The notes under the pieces: model-generated
Databases searched by the model: none
The model's input: only the letters and a program-made list of their open reading frames with translations
What the model was told of the DNA's origin: nothing
NCBI GenBank assembly: GCA_964384235.1
Contig: CAYLJX010000005.1
Coordinates: forward strand, 5,289-69,288
Length of the DNA stretch: 64,000 bases
Source of the DNA: an uncultured Bdellovibrionales bacterium
GTDB taxonomy: Bacteria > Patescibacteriota > Minisyncoccia > Moranbacterales > UBA1568
Reading direction: 5' to 3'
In this document: positions 19,460 to 28,178 of the stretch, piece after piece
How the letters are laid out: each line of letters opens with the position of its first letter
Position numbering within the stretch: position 1 is the first letter of the stretch
Position numbers and translations under genes: made by a program

Positions 19460-19537
19460 ATTACCAAGCGTAGCGAGCGAAACGAAGGCTTGTTTTCGTT
19501 TCCGAGCGAAGCGCCGGTAAAAACGGACCTGTCGTTA
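19460..19537 (-). repeat. Dispersed repeat family A, copy 3
   Basis: Reverse complement TAACGACAGGTCCGTTTTTACCG...CGCTCGGAAACGAAAA...TTCGTTTCGCTCGCTACGCTTGGTAAT. Confidence 0.7.
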
Positions 19538-19583
19538 TTGTATACCATAAAACAAGCAAAAAGAGAAGCCGCGAGAGCTTCTC

Positions 19584-20465
19584 TTATAAGGAGTGAAGCG
19601 AAGATTTTCCTGAATGTTTTTTTAGGGCATACTCGACGATGTGTTCGGCGGGGTTGATGCCGGTGGCTTTCTTGAACGCCTGCCACTGCGGAGTATGGTT
19701 GACTTCCAAAATGCTGTATCCGGAGGAGGTTTCCACGAGATCCACTCCGGAGACTTCGTATCCTAGCGTGGCAGTAGCCTGTCTGGCGATATCTTCCATT
19801 GCTGGGGTTGTTGCGATTGCCTCACTCTTTGCTCCAAGGGAAGCATTTGAACGTATGTCACTATCGAGTACATGTCGTCGGATGGCGCCGAGCACTTTGC
19901 TGCCGATAATAAAAATGCGGATATCGGAACGTATCGGCAGATATTCCTGAAAGAGGTGAGATCTGGAATGTTCCTTGAAAAAATCAAGGACCTCACCTTT
20001 CGTTTTGAGGAGCGAGATATCTTCCCCGCGAGCGCCATCAATCGGTTTGGCTATGAGCGGCAGACCAAGATGTTCCAGGGTTGTTTCAAGGATTTCAAGA
20101 GAGGACGTATAGAGGGTTTTCGGGTGTGGGAGTCCTGCACTTTGGAAAAGTTGCGCTTGGGAAGCTTTGTTGGCGATGTCCTTGGTGGCGACAGCATCAT
20201 CAACGATTGTTTTTTTTGCATGGAGCGCGGCGCGGCTGAGGATTCTTGCCAAGCGAAAGTTTTTCTCGAATCCGCGAAAGAGAAAGATGTCCGTTTCATC
20301 GAGAAGAGAGATGTCATTCCATATCACGCGGAAGGAATGGTCCTCCGAGAAGAATCCGATCTCGGAGAGGAGGGTGGTACGGGACTGATGGCCGGCCTTC
20401 TCTATCGCCTCGATGAGGTCGAGGGTGTTTTCCGATCGACGCGATCCGATGATGGTAAAGCGCAT
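19584..20465 (-). CDS. RimK/LysX-family ATP-grasp ligase
   Basis: NKASQ, PHPKT, PLIAKPIDGARG, FQEYLP, DIRIF, RSNASLGA, GVDL, LEVNHTP. Confidence 0.9.
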   Translation of the reverse strand: MRFTIIGSRRSENTLDLIEAIEKAGHQSRTTLLSEIGFFSEDHSFRVIWNDISLLDETDIFLFRGFEKNFRLARILSRAALHAKKTIVDDAVATKDIANKASQAQLFQSAGLPHPKTLYTSSLEILETTLEHLGLPLIAKPIDGARGEDISLLKTKGEVLDFFKEHSRSHLFQEYLPIRSDIRIFIIGSKVLGAIRRHVLDSDIRSNASLGAKSEAIATTPAMEDIARQATATLGYEVSGVDLVETSSGYSILEVNHTPQWQAFKKATGINPAEHIVEYALKKHSGKSSLHSL

Positions 20466-20472
20466 AAGAATT

Positions 20473-21477
20473 TCAGAGCGAAAGACCGGGGAAGAGATCG
20501 TTGAGGAGGATTCCTGATATGTCGGTCGCTGTGCCCTCGACGAGCGGTTTTTCGTGCATGTTGTGGTAGGGGCGGGAATTGATTTCCAGAATGGTGTATT
20601 CTGATCTGCTGATATCCGGAGAAATGATGTCGATTCCGGCAAAGGTCAGACCGACCGCCTCGGTCGCGGCGATGCAGGCAGCCTTGGTGTCGGGATGGAC
20701 CTCGGATGTGCAGTCGATGGCGCGACCGCCGTCCGACATGTTGAGATTGTGTCGCAGGCGAAGCGTAGATCCTTTGGGAAGCACCGAACGGAAAGTCAGA
20801 TGCTCCTTTTTCAGGGTGGCCCTTACGGATTTGTCGATGCGTATCTCGAATCCCTTGTCACGTGTTTTATTGAAGGCTTGGATAAGTTCATCGATGGATG
20901 ATGTACCGTCGCCGATGACACTTGCCGGAACCTTGTTGACGCAGGCCAAGACCCTGTTTTTGAAGACGATGAGGCGGTATTCTTTTCCATCAACCATCTC
21001 TTCGACGATGAAGGGTGCCTTCCCCTTGTCTTTGGAAGCTTTTGAGAATTTCTGTGCCAAGGGAATAGCCTGCGCGAGTTCTTTCTGGGAGGAAATGTTC
21101 CAGGTGACTCCTCGGGCGAGCGATGAGTCCAGCGGTTTGCAGATGAGAGGGAAAGAAAGAGAAGACGTTTTTATTTTCCGTCTGCATTCCGAGAGCGAAG
21201 AAGCGACGATCCCTTTCGGGACGGAGATGCCGTTTTCCATCAGAACCGTTTTGGTGGCAAGCTTGTTGGTGACGGCTGCGTTGCCGTACCTCTTCGTAAG
21301 AGGGATATACCATTCGGTCGTAAAGATATCCTTCCCGTCGTAAGAGAGCTTGTATACTTTCGGTGCATCCATAAGGATCTCGACCGAAACCCCGAGCTCG
21401 AGAGCGCGGTTCATGAACGATCTGAATCCGCCGTGCTTGAAGCGTTTGATGTCTTCTTTGGTGAGTACTTTTTTCAT
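20473..21477 (-). CDS. Standalone cyanophycin-synthetase/GshF-type ATP-grasp ligase
   Basis: NKLATK, VPKG, FPLICKP, EEMVDGKEYRL, PASVIGDG, NMSDGG, AGIDII, LEINSRP; no Mur ligase half. Confidence 0.85.
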   Translation of the reverse strand: MKKVLTKEDIKRFKHGGFRSFMNRALELGVSVEILMDAPKVYKLSYDGKDIFTTEWYIPLTKRYGNAAVTNKLATKTVLMENGISVPKGIVASSLSECRRKIKTSSLSFPLICKPLDSSLARGVTWNISSQKELAQAIPLAQKFSKASKDKGKAPFIVEEMVDGKEYRLIVFKNRVLACVNKVPASVIGDGTSSIDELIQAFNKTRDKGFEIRIDKSVRATLKKEHLTFRSVLPKGSTLRLRHNLNMSDGGRAIDCTSEVHPDTKAACIAATEAVGLTFAGIDIISPDISRSEYTILEINSRPYHNMHEKPLVEGTATDISGILLNDLFPGLSL

Positions 21478-21484
21478 AATGGTC

Positions 21485-22897
21485 TTACTTGTGCTTATTC
21501 GTATCGATAAGAAATCTTCCCAGATTTTTCCGTCCGATGATGACAGGGTATTCCAGCTGTGATCGGTCGATGATCGATACGCGAGCGGGGATTTCCGCGC
21601 CGTCGAGAACAAAGGATATCTTCACCTTCGGTCGCATCGTGAAGCCGTTGGAGGAATAGGTGAATGCGATGCCGTCCAGGTCCGGGTGGGCATTCTTGTA
21701 TTTCGCATCGTACTGGTCCGAAACCTGTTTCAGTTCCTCGCGGTTTCCGGATTCCGGCTTCGGAATGGTCTCGAAAAACTCGAGCACCGAAGAAAATCCC
21801 AACTGTTTGGCGAGTTCGGTGTCGATGGAGGTGGAGTCGGCGCCGGTGTCGATCTTGGCCTCCACCTCGATCTCCTTGCCGTCCTTGCCGATGAGCTTCA
21901 CTTTCTCCACGGTGCCGATGACGCGCTTGCCGGAGAGCTCCTCGATTTCCTCCTCGATCTCGCCGCCGAAGATGTTTTTCGCGACGCGCATGCCGTGCTC
22001 GACGGATTTGATCTTGAGACCTTGGACGCGCGTGAGGCGTTCCTTGAGACCGGAGAGGTTGGCGAGCTGGATGGAGAGTCCCGGGCGGGCGTTGAGCTCG
22101 AGGATGACCGGGCCCTGTTCGCGGTCGATGGCGATGTCGGCGCCGAGGAAACCGAGGCCGGAGATCTCCTGTGCCTGGATGGCCATGCGGAGGATGTCTT
22201 TCCAGTAGGGGATCTTGATACCGGAGAGGACCAGGCGGGTGCCGGGGACGTATTCGATCAAGTGTCCCTTGCCGAGGATGGCGGTCGTCGTGGTGCCGGA
22301 GGCGAGGTCGATGCCGACCCCGACCGCACCCTGCTGAAGGTTCGCCTTGCCGTCGGAGGCACGCGTCGGGAGGCGAAGCATCGCCATGACGGGCACGCGG
22401 TTGAAGACGATGACGCGGATGTCGGGGATACCCTTGAAGGTGTAGGGCTTGAAGAGTTTCAGGAGCTTGAGACGTTCCTCGAAAAAGGCGACGTCGGGAG
22501 TGTTGGCGAGGGAGAAGGAACCGTCGAGGATGTTTCGGATATGGTTCTTGAGGTCCTCGATGGTGATGACGGTGCCGTCGGCCTTGATCCATCCATCGAC
22601 ACCGTTCTTCTTACGCGCGTAGACGACGAGGATGCCTTCACCGCCGAAGCCGCGATTGGGCTTGAGGGCGAAGCTGTTGGGTAGGGTCGACCAGTCGAAA
22701 CGTTCCAGTTCCTCATGGGTGCGGATCTTGCCGATCAGTCCGGAGACGCCCAAACCGTTTTTCTTGAGGATGCGTTTGCAGAGGAGTTTGTTGTCGGCGA
22801 TCTCCCGGCCATGCGCGCGGTTGTAGGAGCGGATGTAGGAGAGGTTCCGCGCGTTCATGCCGAGGAGGCCACGGCTTTTGGTGAAGAGTTCGAGCAT
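21485..22897 (-). CDS. ATP-grasp_ST (alpha-L-glutamate ligase-like) fused to C-terminal retropepsin-like aspartyl peptidase
   Basis: LLGMNARN, KPNRGFGGEGI, GIPDIRVI, MAMLRLPT, GKANLQQGA, LELNARPGLSIQ; C-terminal AKIDTGA...YPVIIGR. Confidence 0.9.
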   Translation of the reverse strand: MLELFTKSRGLLGMNARNLSYIRSYNRAHGREIADNKLLCKRILKKNGLGVSGLIGKIRTHEELERFDWSTLPNSFALKPNRGFGGEGILVVYARKKNGVDGWIKADGTVITIEDLKNHIRNILDGSFSLANTPDVAFFEERLKLLKLFKPYTFKGIPDIRVIVFNRVPVMAMLRLPTRASDGKANLQQGAVGVGIDLASGTTTTAILGKGHLIEYVPGTRLVLSGIKIPYWKDILRMAIQAQEISGLGFLGADIAIDREQGPVILELNARPGLSIQLANLSGLKERLTRVQGLKIKSVEHGMRVAKNIFGGEIEEEIEELSGKRVIGTVEKVKLIGKDGKEIEVEAKIDTGADSTSIDTELAKQLGFSSVLEFFETIPKPESGNREELKQVSDQYDAKYKNAHPDLDGIAFTYSSNGFTMRPKVKISFVLDGAEIPARVSIIDRSQLEYPVIIGRKNLGRFLIDTNKHK

Positions 22898-22961
22898 AGT
22901 CTAAAAAGACAAAAGGCAAGAGGCAGTAGGCAGGAGGGAGAAAAAGAATTCAACGTGCCTT

Positions 22962-23618
22962 TTAAAAGTTTCGCAAGATTTTTCGGAAGCGAAAATATTC
23001 TGTCAGTCGCAATCCCGTCCACTTGCCGAGGCCGAGGTTCACGAGGAACGTGAAGAGTACGGCCCACGGATACTGCAGGAAGAAGGTGGTGAGCGTTTCG
23101 GAACTCACGAGGAAGTAGCCGACGACAGAGATGATGAGCGTTTCGACGGCGAGGAGAAAGGCGACGCGCGTGCCCTTTTCGATCTGGGTGGCGACGAATT
23201 TTTCCGTGAGCGTGATCATGATGAGGAGGGGGAAGATGGAAACGGACGCCAGGCCGGTGCGCTGGAACATGCCGCCGAAGACGAGGATGCCGAGGATGGC
23301 GAGCGAGACGATGGAGAGAGTGATGGCGACGCGCGGGAGGTAGAGGAGGCGGAAGCGCCGCAGGGCGTAGCGCGAGAGCATTCCCACCAGGATGATGGCG
23401 ACAAAGATGGCGATGCCGTACTTCACGCCGTTCGGATCAAAGGCGAGCAGGGCGAACGTGATGATGGACGGCGTATAGATGCCGAAAGCCTTGATGCCGA
23501 CCACCTGGCGGAAGAAGGCGACGAGCGTGGCGATGACGGGCAGCATCAACAGGAGCTGTACCGTCTGGAGCGGCACGCCCTGTTCGACGAAGAAGAGGAT
23601 GAAAGGATGGTAGTCCAT
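22962..23618 (-). CDS. 7TM protein of the 7TM_transglut family (no transglutaminase-like domain)
   Basis: LLMLPVIAT..FRQVVGIKAFGIYTP, LYLPRVA, FPLLIMIT.TEK, GKWTGLRLTEYFRF. Confidence 0.85.
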   Translation of the reverse strand: MDYHPFILFFVEQGVPLQTVQLLLMLPVIATLVAFFRQVVGIKAFGIYTPSIITFALLAFDPNGVKYGIAIFVAIILVGMLSRYALRRFRLLYLPRVAITLSIVSLAILGILVFGGMFQRTGLASVSIFPLLIMITLTEKFVATQIEKGTRVAFLLAVETLIISVVGYFLVSSETLTTFFLQYPWAVLFTFLVNLGLGKWTGLRLTEYFRFRKILRNF

Positions 23619-23624
23619 ATGCTT

Positions 23625-23760
23625 AAAAACTCGAAATACGAAACCCGAAATACTAAACAAATCCTAAAATCGAAGCGATAAATCCCAAATACTCGTTTAA
23701 AATTTCTGTTTTGAAATTTAGATTTTGTTTCGGATTTAGGTATTCGAATTTCGGATTTTT
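23625..23760. repeat. Heptamer-periodic inverted-repeat tract
   Basis: CGAAATA/CGAAACC/CTAAACA units on the left, complementary TTTCGGA/TATTCGA units on the right; contains the ruvC stop. Confidence 0.7.
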
Positions 23761-24233
23761 TCCATCCTTCTCCTGCTCGCATGGCAGAGCGCGATGGCGA
23801 GGGCGTCGGCGGTATCGTCGGGCTTCGGGATGCTCGGGAGCTTCAGGACGCTCTTCACCATCAATTGTACCTGGGTTTTGTCCGCTCTCCCATAATTCGT
23901 CAAGGCCTGCTTGACTTCCAGGGGAGTGTAACCGGAAATACTAACACGTAAACGCTCCAATGTCAAGAGAATGACGCCGCGTGCCTGTGCTACTGAAATG
24001 GCGGTTTTTTGGTTGTTGAAGAAGAAGAGTTCTTCCACTCCCGCCTCTTCCGGCCGGTACTGATCGACGATGGCTCCGATATCGTCGGCGATTTCCGCGA
24101 GACGCTTCTCAAGGGGCAGATCTTTGGACGTCGAAATATGGCCGTAGGCGACCGAAACCGCCTTCCCGCCGTTTGTTTCGATGACGCCCCACCCCACCGT
24201 CGCCGTCCCCGGATCGATGCCTAAAATGCGCAT
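23736..24233 (-). CDS. ruvC: Holliday junction resolvase RuvC
   Basis: MRILGIDPG, VEELFF, QARGV, YTPLEVK, DDTADALAIA. Confidence 0.97.
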   Translation of the reverse strand: MRILGIDPGTATVGWGVIETNGGKAVSVAYGHISTSKDLPLEKRLAEIADDIGAIVDQYRPEEAGVEELFFFNNQKTAISVAQARGVILLTLERLRVSISGYTPLEVKQALTNYGRADKTQVQLMVKSVLKLPSIPKPDDTADALAIALCHASRRRMEKIRNSNT

Positions 24234-24332
24234 AGACTTACTTATAATTGACAACAAGTCTAGGATAAGTCGAAAATATCTTCTTGTCATTCTTTTTGAG
24301 TAAAGAAGCGGTAGATCCTGTTTTTCTGATGT

Positions 24333-24364
24333 ACACAATCCATAACAACTGTTATGGATTGTGT
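24333..24364. promoter_or_regulatory. Perfect palindrome with dif-like 11-6-11 architecture (recombinase site or operator)
   Basis: ACAATCCATAA-CAACTG-TTATGGATTGT. Confidence 0.5.
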
Positions 24365-24453
24365 GAAGGAACTTTTTGGATAAGAGGATTTCCTTGAAGG
24401 AAAGGGTGGTTATTTAGTATAGTATCGATAGATAATGATTTATACCGCGTCGT

Positions 24454-24753
24454 ATGGAAATGGAAAAATTCTATTCCCGGAAGGCATATGAGAACGCGAA
24501 GGACGATCATGAGAGGGAAGAACTTCTTGATCTCGCACGAGAGGAAGCAAAGAAGATGAATGATGATTTAATGCGGCAAGAGAAGGCGGAGGAAATGGAG
24601 AAGGAGCACAGAACGCTCGATGATAAAGAAATACTGGGAGGACTGGAAGGGCCAATAGGTGACGATGAAGTGCAAGGGACAATGGACGACACTGGCACCC
24701 CTCTCTCGCCTGATGAAGAAAAAGGTCTCGATGATAAGAAGAAGGAAGAATGA
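24454..24753 (+). CDS. Hypothetical small acidic protein
   Basis: 99-aa ATG ORF filling the gap, very E/D-rich, ends KKKEE. Confidence 0.65.
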   Translation: MEMEKFYSRKAYENAKDDHEREELLDLAREEAKKMNDDLMRQEKAEEMEKEHRTLDDKEILGGLEGPIGDDEVQGTMDDTGTPLSPDEEKGLDDKKKEE

Positions 24754-24830
24754 TGACACAAAAAGCTTCGACGAATACTGTCGGAGCCTTTTCTTTCTAA
24801 CAAGCTAACGAAGCTAGTGAAGCTAAAAAG

Positions 24831-25547
24831 CTAGTTTAGATTGTCCCACACCGTCTGGACATCTCCGTGGTCGTCGAGGGTCTCGCGGAGTTTCTCGTAC
24901 GTGGCGAGGTCGTCGTCCGAGAGGGTGACGGTCTGGGTGGGGAGGTAGCCGAGCTCGGCGGATTCCGGGGCCATGTTTTTTCCTTCGAAATACGTGCGGA
25001 CAGTCTGGAGGTTGTCTGGTTTGGTGACGACGAGAAAGACCTTGTCTTCGATCCGGAAGTCGTCGGCACCGGATTCGAGCGTCTCGTTCTCCAGTGTCTC
25101 GACGGGATACTTGTCCGTGTCGAAGGCGATGAGACCGTGGCGCGAAAATATGAAGGAGACCGATCCAGTGGGGACGAACTTGCCGCCGCCCTTGGTGAGG
25201 ATGTTCTTCACCTCGCTCACCGCGCGGTTCTTGTTGTCGGTGATGCATTCGATGAGGAGGGCGACCTGTCCGGGACCATACGCTTCGTAGGTGAGCTCCT
25301 CGAGGGCCGCGCCTTCCTTGAGCTCGCCGGTGCCGCGCTTGATGGCACGCTCGATATTCTCCTTGGGCATGTTGACGGCCCGGGCGTTGTCGATGACGAG
25401 GCGGAGCTTGAAGTTGGCATCAGGGTCGCCGCCCTCGCGCGCCGCGATGGTGATGAGACTCCCAAGCTTAGTGAAGACGGCCGCACGCTTGTTGTCCTGG
25501 GCTTCCTTTCTATGTTTGATACCTGACCACTTATTATGTCCTGACAT
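24831..25547 (-). CDS. yebC: YebC/PmpR family protein
   Basis: MSGHNKWSGIKHRK, NMPKENIERAI, YEAYGPG, TDNKNR. Confidence 0.96.
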   Translation of the reverse strand: MSGHNKWSGIKHRKEAQDNKRAAVFTKLGSLITIAAREGGDPDANFKLRLVIDNARAVNMPKENIERAIKRGTGELKEGAALEELTYEAYGPGQVALLIECITDNKNRAVSEVKNILTKGGGKFVPTGSVSFIFSRHGLIAFDTDKYPVETLENETLESGADDFRIEDKVFLVVTKPDNLQTVRTYFEGKNMAPESAELGYLPTQTVTLSDDDLATYEKLRETLDDHGDVQTVWDNLN

Positions 25548-25556
25548 ATTCTTGGC

Positions 25557-25699
25557 AGACTTGCCTATTTGGCGCATTCCTTCGTTGCAAGTTCCGGTGC
25601 GCGACGCCGTACTTGCATCAGTACGGCTCGGCGTGCCATCGGGCACCCCTCGCTTCGCTCCTCGCTTGCGCCTCGGACTGCATCCAAATATGCAAGTCT
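25557..25699. repeat. Dispersed structured repeat family B, copy 1
   Basis: Terminal IR AGACTTGCCTATTTGG/CCAAATATGCAAGTCT; core GCATTCCTTCGTTGC..TCCGGTGC.CGAC..GTAC..GTAC..CTCCTC..GCGCCTCGGACTG. Confidence 0.85.
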
Positions 25700-25787
25700 T
25701 TACGATTGCAGGTAAAGATTTTGAACAAAAGAATTGTAGCCTATCTGAGCCAAAAAGAAAACCCCTCCACTCGGGAGGGGTGGAGGG

Positions 25788-26366
25788 CTATGCATTCCCT
25801 GCGTTCTTGATGGCGGTGGCCATCTTTTGGATGTTTTGATCGGCAGACTGCTGCGAGAGCCGCATGATCCGGTCCTTGATGCGATACGGATCAGGCACCT
25901 GGCGAAAGACGAAGCGTTCCTCTTCGGCGGCCGTCTGGACCAAGACGTCGCCGTAGTTTAGCACCGTCGGGATGAGTCCTTGGACGATCGTGGTCACGTC
26001 CTGGACGTTGGAAAATTTGAGCTCGCTCGTGTGACGTACGAACAGTCCCTTCTGTTCGATATTGATGATGCGTTCGTCGGTGATGATCCACACGTCGAAG
26101 TAGTAGTCGATCCAGATGAGAAAGCTGTAGAGCCAAAGGAAGACGAAGAGCGTGTTCTCGACGAAGAGGAAAAATCGCCCCTGTTTTTCACCGAGCTCGG
26201 GGAAGAGGAGTGAGACGAAGATGAGGCTCCCGAGAAGTGCGAACGTGAGCAAGAAAACCGCGATGAAGTGCGTGAGGATGTTGAACCAGTGGCGGTGGAT
26301 GACTTCCTGCACCCGTTCGCCGTCGTGCTGGCCTTGGAAGTGATAGCGACTAAAATCCTTTCCCAT
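25788..26366 (-). CDS. Membrane protein with bacterial PH (bPH_2) domain
   Basis: HRHWF, two TMs, DVWIITDERII.IEQKGLF, VQDVT, YGDVLVQTA. Confidence 0.85.
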   Translation of the reverse strand: MGKDFSRYHFQGQHDGERVQEVIHRHWFNILTHFIAVFLLTFALLGSLIFVSLLFPELGEKQGRFFLFVENTLFVFLWLYSFLIWIDYYFDVWIITDERIINIEQKGLFVRHTSELKFSNVQDVTTIVQGLIPTVLNYGDVLVQTAAEEERFVFRQVPDPYRIKDRIMRLSQQSADQNIQKMATAIKNAGNA

Positions 26367-26580
26367 AGCTCTTAGGTAAAAATGAATCGAACGGGAGCGA
26401 GAAGAAGATGAGTGCGTTGGTGAGGAGGAGCACAGTGAGAACGGTAAGGAAGAGGACGACAGCAAAGAACGCCATCCGCTTGCTGAGCGAATAGCGGACG
26501 ATATGGAAGACGATGAAGAGCGCTGTCGCGACATACGCGAAGAAGAGAACGGTATACAAGAGACCAAGTACAGTTTTCAT
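26350..26580 (-). CDS. Small 2-TM membrane protein
   Basis: 76-aa hydrophobic ORF in operon position between ruvB and the PH-domain gene. Confidence 0.7.
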   Translation of the reverse strand: MKTVLGLLYTVLFFAYVATALFIVFHIVRYSLSKRMAFFAVVLFLTVLTVLLLTNALIFFSLPFDSFLPKSYGKGF

Positions 26581-26615
26581 CGATGTGTTTGTTTCTTTTT
26601 ATATTCTACAACAAA

Positions 26616-27650
26616 CTACAACAGTTTGTCCTGGTGGTTTTCCGGGGGAGTGATGTCGAGATGCCTGTAGCCGTGCTCGGTGACGACACGGCCGCGCGGG
26701 GTGCGGGCGATGAAGCCCAATTGGATGAGATACGGTTCGTAGACATCCTCGATGGTCTGGATCTCCTCGCCCGTGACGGCGGCGATGGCCTGGATGCCGG
26801 CCGGGCCGCCCCTGAACTTCTCGATGACGGTCTTGAGGATATGCCGGTCGGTCGGTTCGAGTCCGAGAAAGTCGATCTCGTAGAGGGCGAGGGCTTCCTG
26901 CGCGAGATCCTCGGTGATGGTCGGTTCGTCCTTGGTCTCCACGAAGTCGCGCACGCGCTTGAGGATCCGGTTGGCGACGCGCGGGGTCTGGCGGCTGGAG
27001 TGGGCGATGGCCCGAGCGCCGCCTTCGTCGATGCCGATGTTTAAGATGCCGGCGGAGCGGCGGACGATCCGCTCGATCTCTTCCGGCGTGTAGAACTCGA
27101 GGCGGTGCGTGGAGCCGAAGCGGTTGCGCAGGGGATTGGTGAGCGAGCCGAGGCGGGTGGTGGCACCGATGAGCGTGAAGCGCGGCAGATCGAGCTGGAT
27201 GGTGCGGGCGGCCGGTCCTTTGCCGATGATGATGTCGAGCTTGTAGTCCTCCATGGCCGGGTAGAGGACCTCCTCGATGGACTTGTTGAGGCGGTGGATC
27301 TCGTCGATGAAGAGCACGTCGCCGTCCTCGAGGTTGGTGAGGATGGAGCCCAAGTCGCCGACACGCTCGATGGCGGGGCCGGAGGTGACTTTGATACCGA
27401 CACCCATCTCCTTGGCGATGATGTTGGCAAGTGTCGTCTTGCCCAAGCCTGCCGGACCGTAGAGGAGGACGTGGTCGATGGATTCTTTGCGCTTCTTGGC
27501 GGCCTGGATGAAGATGTCGAGGTTGCGCTTGATCTTTTCCTGGCCGACGTAGTCCTCGAAACGCTTTGGGCGGAGCGTATTGTCGAGGTTCTGGTCCTCG
27601 ATCTTTTCTTCCCGGCTTTCTTCAGGTGTGATGGCAGCGGTATTTAACAT
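26616..27650 (-). CDS. ruvB: Holliday junction branch migration helicase RuvB
   Basis: [49 protein letters not shown]. Confidence 0.98.
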   Translation of the reverse strand: MLNTAAITPEESREEKIEDQNLDNTLRPKRFEDYVGQEKIKRNLDIFIQAAKKRKESIDHVLLYGPAGLGKTTLANIIAKEMGVGIKVTSGPAIERVGDLGSILTNLEDGDVLFIDEIHRLNKSIEEVLYPAMEDYKLDIIIGKGPAARTIQLDLPRFTLIGATTRLGSLTNPLRNRFGSTHRLEFYTPEEIERIVRRSAGILNIGIDEGGARAIAHSSRQTPRVANRILKRVRDFVETKDEPTITEDLAQEALALYEIDFLGLEPTDRHILKTVIEKFRGGPAGIQAIAAVTGEEIQTIEDVYEPYLIQLGFIARTPRGRVVTEHGYRHLDITPPENHQDKLL

Positions 27651-27708
27651 ATTTTTGGCTTATATATGGGGTGAAATACGGACTCGTGTCACTTGATTGT
27701 ACCACTGC

Positions 27709-27737
27709 TTGACACAAAAACAAAGATGTGCTATTCT
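27709..27737 (+). promoter_or_regulatory. Sigma70 promoter driving the ncRNA
   Basis: TTGACA (27709-14), 17-bp spacer, extended -10 TG-C-TATTCT (27732-37). Confidence 0.75.
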
Positions 27738-27774
27738 CAGGGGTCGTTTCGAAAAGCTCGAAACCGGTTTTTTG

Positions 27775-27944
27775 CAAGGGTGGCTTCATCTGTAGACAAT
27801 TGGGGATCACTATCTTTTGTCCTCAATCATGGGAACAACTGTCCAGACACGGGTAGGGTGGTTTCGGCTGCGCTATTCCTCGACACTGTTCCTTTCCTCC
27901 GACTCCTAATGTTAGAGGGTTGTCTACAGGTGAAATTACCTTTG
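27775..27944 (+). ncRNA. ssrS: Putative 6S RNA (rod-shaped RNA with central bubble)
   Basis: 26-bp closing stem 27775-27800/27919-27944 with G-U pairs, central bubble, inner stems GGAACA..TGTC/GACA.TGTTCC and a stem capped by UUCG; about 170 nt; own promoter. Confidence 0.65.
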
Positions 27945-27951
27945 GTGGCAG

Positions 27952-28067
27952 GAGTTTCTGTGTCGGCACATTCCTTTGTTGCTGCTCCGGTGCGCGACAA
28001 CGTACCCTACGAGTACGTCTTACTGTGCTCCTCGCAGCGCCTCGGACTGTACTCGACACAAAAACTC
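27952..28067. repeat. Dispersed structured repeat family B, copy 2 (diverged)
   Basis: Terminal IR GAGTTTCTGTGTCGG/TCGACACAAAAACTC around the same CATTCCTT..TCCGGTGCGCGAC..GCGCCTCGGACTG core. Confidence 0.75.
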
Positions 28068-28091
28068 TTTTAAGTTGACTGTATACTCTTC

Positions 28092-28125
28092 GTTAGTCGC
28101 ATAGAAAAGTTAGTCGCATAGAAAA
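28092..28125. repeat. Exact 17-bp tandem duplication
   Basis: GTTAGTCGCATAGAAAA twice. Confidence 0.85.
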
Positions 28126-28151
28126 AAGAAGCTCTGCGGAGCTTCTTTTTT
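28122..28151. terminator. Bidirectional intrinsic terminator
   Basis: aaaaaagaagctc-tgcg-gagcttctttttt. Confidence 0.8.
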
Positions 28152-28178
28152 GTTTGTCTTTCGAATCGCTTTCCAAGC

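Noticed and set aside
20473-21477. Full cyanophycin synthetase
   Set aside because: Only about 334 aa; no Mur-ligase domain and no cyanophycinase in the window
27693-28073. 126-aa ORF in the ruvB-pilB gap
   Set aside because: Non-ATG start, spans a promoter, a structured RNA and a repeat; no protein motifs
28092-28125. Possible CRISPR remnant
   Set aside because: Two adjacent 17-mers with no spacer and no cas genes; simple duplication
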